A DNA stretch of 60,416 bases, the filler included, from Nemertoderma westbladi (taxonomy: Eukaryota; Animalia; Xenacoelomorpha), in the NCBI GenBank assembly GCA_032718475.1. It is 3 parts of 3 records of this genome, joined end to end, with 100 filler letters (N's around TTAATTAATTAA, not from the genome) between each part and the next. Parts side by side here need not be neighbours in the genome. Positions count along the whole stretch, not along the records: positions 20,522 to 38,228 come from JAUCBJ010002883.1; positions 38,329 to 60,416 come from JAUCBJ010002556.1; 1 more part is not named here. The stretch is one strand, 5' to 3'. The position numbers and the translations under genes were made by a program. The notes beneath the pieces are model-generated. The model made no database searches, was not told the origin of the DNA, and worked only from the letters and a program-made list of their open reading frames with translations. Positions within the stretch are counted from its first letter, which is position 1. Every line of letters begins with the position of its first letter. This document shows positions 36,220 through 47,730 of this stretch, one piece after another.

Positions 36220-37755
36220 ATGTCGCAGGGTTCCCAGCGGTGCTGTCAGTGCACTGCCCGGGCGTGCTGCCCCTTCAGTCAGTGTGGCTGTGTCCTCGCT
36301 GGCCGGCCATATACTAGTTGCACTTCGTTGCCATTAGGCAAGTGTTTAAACCCCAACTCATCCTGCGGAATTGATGGTAGCCCGGCACCCAATGTCACTG
36401 TGGTTGCCTCGCCCCCCCAGGGCCGGGTCCAGCAGCAATGGCAGATCGGAGTTGGATGCAGACTCTTTTACAAGCGCATCACCCAGATTCCTTGTACGTA
36501 TTCCCTGAGTTATATTATTCCTCCAGGCGATGCTCCAGCACTATCCCCCTCATCCACGGTTCCCCGTCGGCCATCTACTACTGAACGTCTTGAGTTAGCG
36601 TTTGGGGGTCCCCGGCACAACGCTCCCGGTACGTCTACTGACCTCGACTGGGAAGCCCACCACGCCTGCCTCACTTGTGGTAATGTTGGACGTACGATTG
36701 CTGACATTGTCGTCCATGAGTTGGAGAGTCTGATGGAGGGCGTTTACCCCTCCGAACGCCCACTCTGTTTTATTGCCATGACGTTTCAGCGTGACGTGAA
36801 TAAGAGTGCTGATATTCAGCGAACTATCATGCGCAGGGTAGGCATGTGGGAATGCGAGGAGTTCACGCAGTTGGTGGCCAAGGTGGAGCAGTACAGTTCA
36901 AAGTTTCCGAAACGCCGCGGTTCAGCTCCAGCTAACACGGCGAGGAGATTTAACAGGAAGAAAATGGCTGGTCAGAATTGGGCCGCGGTCCGGTTGATAA
37001 CCGACAGAGACAGCGGAGGCATGTTGGACCCTGGGGAGCAGGCGGAAGGACTTCCTCCCGGAGTTACTGTTCGCGACGTCCTCGCCTCCAAGCACCCGCC
37101 TCAGATGGAGGTCTCCTCGGAGGCCTTTGAACCGTGCGATGAATTACCTGCCTTTGAATCCCTCGACATAACCGGGCAAACTGTCCTTAAGGTAACACAA
37201 ATCTTGCATGGCGGAGCTGGTCCCATTGGAGGGGATGTGGAACTTTGGAGTGCGCTGCTCACTTGCTATAAGGCCCACAGTTCACGTCTCCGTGAGGCTG
37301 TTGCCGGGTTGGTGTGCCGACTCGCCAACTCCGTAGTCCCTTGGGGAGAGATCCGTGCCCTCAGAGCCTGCCGCCTTAATGCCATAGATAAGGAACCTGG
37401 TGTTCGGCACATTGGAATCTGTGAGGCCTTGTACCGACTGTACCAATTGTACCAATTGCGTCACCAGCATCTCGAAAACCGACTTTATCATGGAGTGTGG
37501 GGCCGATCAGCTCTGTGCTGGTGTGAACGCGGGAATAGAAGGGGCTGTTCAAGCATGCTATGACGTCGTTGTATGAACAGGATTCCACAGAGTGTATGCT
37601 TCTTGTCGACGCATCCAACGCTTTCAACACCTTGATTCGTCCTGTGGCGTTGTGGAATTCCCAGGTTTACTGGCACCGCTGCTCTCGTTATTTGTTTAAT
37701 GCCTACAATGGTCACGCCGTTTTGTACCTCCAGGGTTCAGAGGATCCATTGTTCG
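36220..37755 (+). mobile_element. CRE-clade non-LTR retrotransposon, N-terminus through early RT, frameshifted and truncated
   Basis: LASKHPP, GGAGPIG, ACRLNAIDKEPGVRHIGICE, then in shifted frames QLCAG..AGIEGAV and LLVDASNAFN. These are hallmark CRE RT motifs. Confidence 0.85.
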
Positions 37756-37816
37756 CCAACTCAATCCGGTTCCATTTCACCTCGACTGGGCTTTCACTAG
37801 GCTGAAGCGAATGTGA

Positions 37817-38228
37817 TTATATTCCATTTCCGAAAATTGAACTGGATGCTTTTTTCGTGCACCTAAGAAGTGGGCATGGCACTTCAAATTTTGAAAAATA
37901 CGATATTCGGAAAATACCCCCATCTTTTGAATTCAACCCGTTTTTATATGTTTTCTGGACCGCTGAATCGATTGAAAATATTATCGAAGCCTGAAGACTT
38001 AGTGGGTCGTCTTTTTTGGAGCACCACATTTAGGGTGTGGCACTTCAATTATTGAAAAATACGAGATTCGGAAAATGATCCAAATTTGAGATTTCAACGC
38101 ACATTTATAGGTTTTCTGGACCGCTGAATCAATTGAAAGTATTATAGAAGCCTGAAGACTTAGTGGTTCGGCATTTTAGGTGCAGCAAAATTAGGGAGTG
38201 GCACTTATTCAAATTTTGAAAAAGTACC
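37817..38228. repeat. ~161-bp tandem subrepeats (DNA transposon interior) running into the gap
   Basis: TGGCACTT at about 37877, 38038 and 38199; repeated ttttctggaccgctgaatc..ttgaaa and aagcctgaagacttagtgg. Confidence 0.85.
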
Positions 38229-38328
38229 NNNNNNNNNNNNNNNNNNNNNNNNNNNNNNNNNNNNNNNNNNNNTTAATTAATTAANNNNNNNNNNNNNNNN
38301 NNNNNNNNNNNNNNNNNNNNNNNNNNNN
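38229..38328. other. Assembly gap with artificial spacer
   Basis: 44 N + TTAATTAATTAA + 44 N. Confidence 0.97.
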
Positions 38329-39875
38329 GCACATTGAACGTAATTTAAACGATATATATATATTTCAATCATCTTCTTGTTTCTATCTCGCTGTCTGTCC
38401 TTTTATTAATGACCCAAATTATTATAAATTGTCCCATTGAGTTAATTTTTAGTTAGTCTAGAGCAACAAGACTAAAAGTGATCCGAGAAGAGTTGAGCTT
38501 AGATACATGACTGTAATGAGTATTGGAAAAATACAAAATCGTCATTATTGGTTAATAAATGAACTACTGTGAACTACTAAAATGAAAAATAATGCGAAAC
38601 AGGGAGACCTATGTATTTATATACTATTAACAATAATTCCGTTATAACATATTTTTAGTTCGAATAAAAATATTATTATAATATAATTAAGTAAAATACT
38701 TAATCGACAATCCATAGAGATGAGTTTGCCAGAATGTAAGACGAACTAAACAGCATTTAGCGAAAATAATTCGAAACGAACTATGTATTTATATTCTATT
38801 AACAATTAGTACTGTTAACAATATTAATTTAAAATACAATTCTTAATCAACAACAACAATATGAATCTCAAATAGGCCCCTATATGGCATTAAAGAGTTC
38901 TCCTCAAGATTCACTCGACAGGTCGACATGCTCAGGATCTAAATCGACAACAGTGGCGGCATCTGTGAGCTTTGTCCGTAACCTAACAGGCGCGTGTTTA
39001 AGCCTGTCCTTTATTTTATTAAGCCGAAAAGGGCTTGTGCTCAATCTTCGCCCCCCAGGGGGCTAAAGGGGCAAGAAAAGGGAAACGGGAAAGTAAGGGA
39101 CGCGGATTGGTCGTACAGTAATTGGGCTAAAATGCAGCTTATAACTGAGATTCCCCGTTGGAGGTTTTGCCAACGTTGACCCTATCTGGTACACTTTTTT
39201 TCGTTTCTCATTAAGTTGGAACTGTTTAAAAAAATTATGCATAAAAAATGAAATAATATTATTGAAATAAGTACCTTTTTTGTAATCATTTATTTGTTAT
39301 TAGAAATAAAGTGAAATTGCTTATATCCTCCGTTTCTCAGATATCTTATTTCTTAACTAATCTATATTTGTTATATTTAATAATTCAAATTGGTGCATAC
39401 ATTTTTTATGCTATACACATGGTGGTAAATTACACGTCGAATCCATAACAAATTAAGAAAAACAGGGAATCCCCTCATGTTATTATTTATGACGCATCCT
39501 GCATAGTACAACTTCCTATTCATCTACTACAGTACAGCCAATCGGATTGGAGTATTCTTTTGCACAGGCCGTGTTGGAGCTTACTAAAATGTAATAGTAG
39601 TAGCAGCTTACCAGGGCCTTATAAGCACCAGCAGCTGGTGTTTCTATCATTGAGTCTATGGCAATTTTCGTGTTTTGGGGCTATTATTCGAAATATAAAA
39701 AGATACGTTAATAATATTTTACGGTACTTTTTTCCACATCCTGGGATTGGGCTGCGTCGATTGATAGAACTTTCATTGACGAACGAGATAATACATAGGA
39801 ATACGAACCATATGATATATTCGCTGGACAAATAGGTATGCCTATAAAATGCACATACCTACACATAAGTAATAG

Positions 39876-40951
39876 TTAATGTATGCGGGCCTTACACGCA
39901 TCCAGCATCCAGTTGTTGGGGTAAAACCATCCACCCCTGAACTGGCTATATCCAGAATCCAGTGGCGGCAAGCATGTAGTTGTGTCAGGTCTTGCAAACA
40001 CGCTTGCCAACCACTGGACCGGGGGGTGGAGGGGGTGGGCGGGGGCCAAGCAGTCGGAGTCGCCACTGCTCAGCCGTCTCCCCATCAACATTCTTGGGGC
40101 AGAATCACTTCCCTTCGATCTGCGTGTGTCCCGGCACACACTTGATTCTATCGCCTTACACACCCTCTCCCATCCCTTCTGGATATTCTTACTCGCAGCC
40201 GCATCCGTTTCTGGTGTCTCCACTCAGTAACGCAACCTTTCTTACGCCCCACATTTTGCGTAAAGCACACAGTGCTTGTGAGATCGGCCAGCATTGGAGG
40301 CAATGCTTCATCGGCCTGTCTCACCCACTCGTCAAATGTTAGGTTTGTTGTGGGGCAGTAGAAGGAAACCCTATAGGCATGGTGCCCGGGCGCAGAGACC
40401 TTCTGGTGGCTTTCGGGACAATTTTTAATCTTTCTAGTTCTTTTAGATTTGGGTTTTGGGGGTTTTGATTTCTGCACTTTATGTTTTTGTAGGTAAATGG
40501 AAAGGGGGGCATTCTCGGAAGATGTACTGCTGGGGGAAGATGTGTCGGAATGTGAAGGTTCTAGTTGGGGTTGAAGTAGAACTGCAAGTGGGAATGATCG
40601 GTATTGAGGAAGGTAACTGAGGGACGACATTAATGTTTGGGACACTGGGATACGAATGTGTCTCACCGTAAAGGTGTCTGTTGCCGGAAAGGAAGCTGGT
40701 CCATGCCAGCTGTGGCAGTGGCAGGGACACGGATGCGGGCAGCTGTGACTCCAGCTTAATGTAATCAGCCGCCGCAAATGTGGTGCGATTACATTCACCA
40801 CCAAAGGCACAGCTACCACTGGGTCTTCCATAAACACAGCATCACAGACCGAACCAAGGCATTTCAGCATTTCAGGCATTTCAGCCACAATGTCATGGCC
40901 CGCTGATTGTGGTTTTGCCACCACCTCAGCCCTTGGCCTCCGCAGTTTCAC
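39876..40951 (-). pseudogene. GC-rich degenerate coding-like segment of unknown origin
   Basis: Overlapping 267-aa and 115-aa minus-strand ORFs in an island of higher GC. No motif recognised. Confidence 0.3.
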
Positions 40952-43356
40952 TTGCCTGGATCGGTCTGGGATGTCCGTAATTGGCAGGGACTGGACGGGA
41001 TCGGCGATAATAATATCTCGAATCTGTGTAGAGGCCTACTCTACTTTAGAAAATGTAATCCATAGGAATGCATTGATTTTACTATTTTTACGGCGAAAAG
41101 TATATTAAAATATTTTTGGTGGAATTTATTAAATTTTATTACATGTTTTAAAAGAGCATCAAAGTAGAAAAGGTTTGCAATTAATTTGAGCAACATCCAT
41201 TCACACACTCAAAAGTTATTGCAACTTTAGTGTCTGCGCGGCGTACTCCAAAACGGAACTCCCAATACCGGTATTGGTTATGTTGTTAAGCGGCTGTCTA
41301 GGTACGTAATAAATATTCGAGAACACTAAATTATTTAACATTGAGTAAGGCAGCACCAGGAGTTAATCAGGTAGTGCGTTCTACTTTCTACTTGGAATTA
41401 AATGAACGACAGGTTATTCGCTACTAGCCTAATCTAATAATAGAATTCAAAGCATAAGCATCCTTGCCTTGATTGCCTTCAACAGGGCCCGAAGCAGGTT
41501 GTGATTGGACGGTTATTTTTAGCCACAAGCCACAACACAGTCCTTTTTCGAATTCATTAATAGAAGCGTCTTCCTATTGGCTGAAGTAATAGGTGTGTGA
41601 GGGATTCCCTCTTTGGTGTAAATATTATAGTAGGCTGTTTAATGGTTGCTGTAAGATATTATATTATTCGTATTTTTGATATCTGTAAATTGCTATAATA
41701 TTTTGTAAAGCAACACTTGTTTATGTGTAAAGAAAACTTGTTTATTATGACCCACAATTAATTATAATTCTGTACATCGGCCAAATGCCAAACACTAAAT
41801 GCCCTTTTAGTATATGTAGCTAATTTAACCATTCTTTTATTTTGCAGCAAGGAGTTCAAGCCTATAAAACACATGTGCAACTGCGGTCATATCAACGTAT
41901 ATCATTATAGGTTTGAATATAATATGTGATACGTCACTCATTGGATATCAAGCAATGCTGGAATGCTGTTGTAATTCAAACATGGTTGTTTGTCTGCGGG
42001 AGAGGTTTGTAGTGAGGGTCTTGTTACGATTTTAAGAAAAATGTTTACCGTTTAAGCTATGCGCATTTCACCATTTAGCACCTAAATCATTTTAACGCAA
42101 AATAAATAAATTTAACTAAAATATGCTCAGTAACAGTAATGGCAAACAATAATGTCATTTAAAATTGTGTTGCAAACTAAGATTGCACGCATGCGATAAT
42201 TCGTCAGCAAGGCGGCTTCTTAATGGCACATATATTTAAATTACGATAAATTTGTTTTATTATATAAACAATACTGAATTAAAATTGTTAAAGACGCCCG
42301 TGAAATGCTTATGCGTTAAACGATTACTATTTTTGAAACCCGTTTAGAGAAAAGATATATAGAGTTGTATTTGTTATAGTAGTAGTAGTAGTAAGGTTGT
42401 AGTGTTTGAGATCACATGTAAGGTATATTCAGTCGGGAGTGTAGTGTCATCTAATACTAATACTTGCTCTTCTTGGATTGAAACATAAATGAGAAATTGT
42501 TCGGAATAATTATCTCAAGATCCCAACTCCAGATGTTTTTTCTGGCAGCGAATCGAATTAGAATAAGAATAAAGCAGGATGTGTTTCTTTTTCAAACTTA
42601 GTTAACCAATCAGAACCCATCTATTTATAGATTGGGAATTTGTTTTCGGTATGACACTAAAATTGAAATAAATAAATGTTCATTTTGGTTATTTTATTTG
42701 ACGACTTTTCACATAAAGTGCGTGTAAAAGGAGTTAAGTTTAATTTTAGGAAATATTTCTTACAGCCCTGAAAATTTCTACGCTGAAAATTTATGTATCC
42801 AAAACGACACATTCTTAATTTAATTTGTTATAGTCGGTTCTTTTGTCTGTTTATTTGTCTGTTAGATGCAGGCGGTGCTCTATGTATGTATTATGTTTTA
42901 AATGAGAAAAAACGAGTCATTATATACATATTCTTAGGTTCTGATAAATAAATCACTATTCTAGATTTATAAAAGGAAAATGTTTGGCAAGTTGAATAGT
43001 CTAGATTTTGTCCGTCTTCAGTTTAGTTTTTGTCGGTTCTTGTCGGAATTTCGTCTATTGGTTGGTAGTAAATTCGTTTCTTAATGTAAAATAAGAAAAC
43101 GAATGGTAATCTCACTTATATAAAGCTATTTTTAGAAGAAAAACTTTTTTAAAAAACCGACAAAATTGACCGACTTTTTCGGTTTTTGTCCGTTTTTTAG
43201 TCCGTTTTTTGTCTGTTTCTTCATATTATACGTGATTTTTATTATTTGGTGATAAAATTAACCTTTTAAAGTAAAATAAACGTGGTTTTTCTCCACAAAA
43301 CTCATTTTTCATGAAAAAAAGACCATCAGGTGTCAGATTTTTTTTTAAAAACGGAC

Positions 43357-43401
43357 AAAAAATGAGTGAACGCTTCACGATTTTGCGTGTCATCCTTGCG
43401 C
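43357..43401 (-). ncRNA. U6: 3' half of U6 snRNA (disrupted gene or fragment)
   Basis: Minus strand GCGCAAGGATGACACGCAAAATCGTGAAGCGTTC followed by a T-run matches the conserved U6 3' half. The 5' stem-loop is absent. Confidence 0.88.
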
Positions 43402-46099
43402 GCACCCCCTGCTAAACATTTATGTATCGTTAGGCCTTCTCAGCGAATCAGTGGCCAGGATTCCTAACGATACAGAAATGCTTAAAGCCAATGAAAGGCG
43501 CGGATTTAACGATACAGAATTCAACCAGCCAATGAGAGCGTCAAGTTGAAATTCAAAAATATTTATACAATAATCATGTAGGCCTACCTGCAGTTACCGG
43601 TATTCAGTGTGTTCGCGGTGTTAAAACTGGTATTTTTGGTCATTTTTTTTGCTTTTTTCGAATTTCTAACTCGGTCAATTTGAAGCCCTTGGCACTGTCT
43701 ATGAAATGTAGAAGATTCGCGGTCATAGAATCCGGCGGCCGGCCGTTGGCGACGATTTAGAACCGCGTCCGACAACGGATGACAGCTCCGTGCTGACGGT
43801 CAAATGTGATTACGGTCGCTTTTCGCGGACTTTGCCGGTCTGGAACTCCTTAAATGTTATCTAAATGTGTTCCCCGTTCTATCTCGACGCAGTATGCACA
43901 ATCTGTGGAGTATCAGACGATGAGACGACGTCGAATCATCGAAGGAATTAAACTCGAAACGACTTCGCGTAGGATTCTTCGACTTTAAAGTTATGAAACC
44001 AATTGCTTTTTCAGACTACGCACTTTCTGTAGTTTTTGGATGGTTGTTGGTCATATTGGATGCCTCTACTGAGTATAATCGATTGATAAACAGGAGCGAT
44101 CCCGATAAAAACGGTGAGTTTAATTTCCCGAATACGGCAGTACGCCGAGTACGGTAGTTAGCTTGTAGTTTATGCGATTGTCAGTTACCGGTACCAGTAG
44201 GAAATTTATTCGAGGAACTTCGTATTAAACTGTTGGTTTTCTTTGTTAGATAAGTCGGGATCCGCACCTACACGAGTGAACCAGTTCGCCGGCCTATCAA
44301 CGGGTGAGATGTTAAAGAGTGTGCTGATCGACATGCGATGTGATATTCGGCGGATCCAACGAAGTGAACCCGACGGTCATTCGATTCCGGCATGGGTATT
44401 GCCGTGAGTACTTTAGTATTTTAAGAACCGGCCCCTTGCAATATAACCCCCCCCCCCCCTTCCCTATCGTGGTTTGAGGTTTGAACTTTGTTTGTATTAA
44501 CTGTTTGTCTATATCTATTGATTTTCGTGAGAATTTGCAATCTATTAATCCGAGGGATTATGAGTCCCAACCATCGATGTGTGAATTAAGAGACGGCGGA
44601 TTAACAATCTCCCGACGAAGTTTGGAGACGAATACTACGCAATAGTAATACCACTAACAACACCTGCTATAATAATAATAACTTAACATAACACTAATGA
44701 TATTATTTTCTGTTATTATTATTATTATTGGTTTATTTGCTGTAGATCTACTCTGTACAGCTCGCATTCTATCGACACAAATTATAATTTCATATAATAT
44801 TATCTTACAGGTTCATTGCAGCTACGATGGAAGGACGACGCTTACAGGGCGTGTAGAGACTTATAGGTGTCGTGGGACGACGTAACAATAGGGAACCTGG
44901 TAAACTAGTTGACAAAGAATTCTAATAATATGAACGATATTAATTATAAATATCTTAGTAATATATTTATAAACTCCCCATAATTTGAGATTATAATGTG
45001 TTTAATTGTTGTGTGATTTATACATATCATAATACATTCTATAAGGTTCATTGGAATTATAAATGTGAATATTATAATTATTACATTTATTTATTTTCAT
45101 TTTCCCTCATAATCGAGGAGTATAAATACGTTGTTTGTTTTTTTCTATTTGAATTAACAAAGAAAACTGCAACCTAATAAAACTCGAAACAACATCAAGG
45201 TTTCCTACTCGCTACTGACGCACATGAAGAATAGCGGAGCCCTGAAGTATAATTGAATATCTTCCTGAAATAAATCTTTCCTCCAGAAAAAAAAAACGAA
45301 AGAAAGCAGCCCATTGAAAGGCGCAAACAATTAATATTTCTTAAAAGTAGCAGTCAGGTAAGAGAAATTAAATGTCGTTGAATTCAATTGACGGTGGGGG
45401 GAGGGGGGGGGGGGGGGGTTGTACTAATATTTCATAGCAGCAACAAGGCTGGATGCCTTCTCCAGGGCCCGAAGTGGGTTGTGATTGGCCGTCTATATTT
45501 AGCTAAATCAAGAGGATTCCATTTTACTGAATTCTTTAATGGAAGCGGCTTCCTATTGGCTGTAGTAAAAGGCGTAAGGGAATCCCTTGTTTGTAAATAG
45601 TATTATGTGTTGCGGTTGCTATAATACGTACCAGAATGTTATAATTTAATGAATTAATGTTATAAAAAGAAAATTAATTATCCGAATTAAATGAATTCGC
45701 ATCGATAATATGCTTAGAAATTATATATACTGTATTTTTATTGTTTATTTTATTACATACCTCTAATAATGCTGCGATATGAGTAATGTTCGTCAAAAAT
45801 AACTATATGGGCCGAAAACATCAGGAAAAAACACTGAAAAGGGTTAAAAATGATGGAAAAGCATATTATAGTTGGAAATACATCAGAATTGTATCGTTTC
45901 ATAGGTATTTACAGTCGTTGCTCGGCGACACAAAACCCCTCACGCGATTGGTCTGGGGTTTGAGGGGGGGCTCCGTCTTCCTCTCGTAGGGCCTCTTGGC
46001 TAAGATTAGCATGGCTCCCTCGCGCGGGTGCATGGCTAATATTCATCTTATCAATCTTTAATTTAATATTTATTGGTGCAATATATCCTGTATAATGGG

Positions 46100-47730
46100 C
46101 TGTTAGTAAATTAATAAAGTGCTTCAAATCTGGTAATAGATTAGATTGTGGCAATTACTGTGGTCTTAGTATAATGACAACACTGTTAAAGTTTTTTGAT
46201 ATATTAATTTACAATCGGTTAAAATATTGGATTAATTTAGATAAATGTCAGGCAGGAGCTCAAAAGGGCCGCGGATGCATTGAACACATCCTCGGACTTC
46301 GACTCATTATAGATTATGCAATTTTCAAGAAGTCTAAATTATACGTCGTTTTCATTGATTTTAGTAAGGCGTATGTATGACCGTGTTCCACGTGATAAAA
46401 TGTTTGAACTACTTAAATCTTCAGGGTGTGGTTTTCGGATGTTATTTATTGTTAAAGCGCTGTATTCTGCAACAAAATCTATCTTAAGATCTGCTGTAAT
46501 TCTGACTACTATTGGGGTCCGCCAGGGGGCGCCTTCAATCGGGATTTTATTTTGTATGTATCTTAATAAACTAGTTATCATGTTAAAAGAAGCTGTTAAA
46601 TGTGATGGTTTCCTTGGTGCTTTAGCTTGCCTTTAGTTTATGGACGATACAGTAATAGTATCAACTTCTAGGAAAAATTGTGAAATTAACTATACGATTA
46701 TTATACGATTTTGGTATGGCAATTAATCAAAAGAAAAGCAAATTTTTTGTAATAAACGGTAATGTTGATGACAGTAAACTATTTATTTTAGGTACTACAG
46801 TTATTTCTACATGTGATTTGTATGTTTATTTAGGTTCTGTTTTCGCCGCTGATGGCCGCATATCTACTGCACTAAAACATCATATTATCATATGTGAGAG
46901 AACAATTAATACATTTGCAATATTTTGCAGTAAAAATACTGAATACATCACTCTCCTTCGCTTTAATAAAGAAAAAGGTTTTTGATGCATGTATAATATC
47001 TTGTATTTTATATGGTTGTGAATCGTGGTTGTCTGTTAATGCATGTACTAAGCAAATTGAACCGGTCTACAATAGGCTAATTAAAATTTTACTTTCAGTA
47101 CGTCTACAAACACCAATTGATTTGTGCTTAATTGAGTTTAATATCCCACCACTTAGTCACTATATTGTAAATGCTAGACTTAAATATGTGAAAAATAAGT
47201 TTAATTTACCCGTGTACGATACTGATGTGCCTTTATATCATATTTATGATCTTTGTAAAGCTGCAAACACTCCCGGACATCGTTGTTTAATGTCAGCACT
47301 TGATTACAAGGTCGATGACCCCCTAACTTCCGTCCGTTTACGTGTATTAAATAAACCACTTTCAGCTACCAAGTTCCGTACTTACAGTGACACTATCAAC
47401 CCTGGCCTTACTGCTCATCCACTATACAGTTGCTTGAAACCCGTCATCCCGGACTTTAAACGTGTCCACTTCACCAGACTCCGTCTCATGTCACATAGAC
47501 TCCGAGTGGAAACTGGTCGATGGACTCGTGTTGCTCCTGAGTTAAGTGTTTGCTATTGTGATAATACCTCTGTACAAAATGAACATCACGTACTATTAAA
47601 ATGCCCTATATCTGAATACATTAGAATTAAGTTTGTACAGTTAGATTTCACCGATTTATCTTCATTATTTCCTACCGATTTACTAGTTGATCTGTGCAGT
47701 TATGTCTCTGAAGTCCTATGTCGTTATTAG
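46100..47730 (+). mobile_element. 5'-truncated RTEX-like LINE (RT plus C-terminal zinc finger), decayed
   Basis: NYCGLSI, QAGAQKGR, FIDFSKAY/DRV, GVRQG, FMDD, YLGS, ILYGCESW, HRLRVETGRW...CYC...NEHHVLLKCP. Several frameshifts and a stop. Confidence 0.88.
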
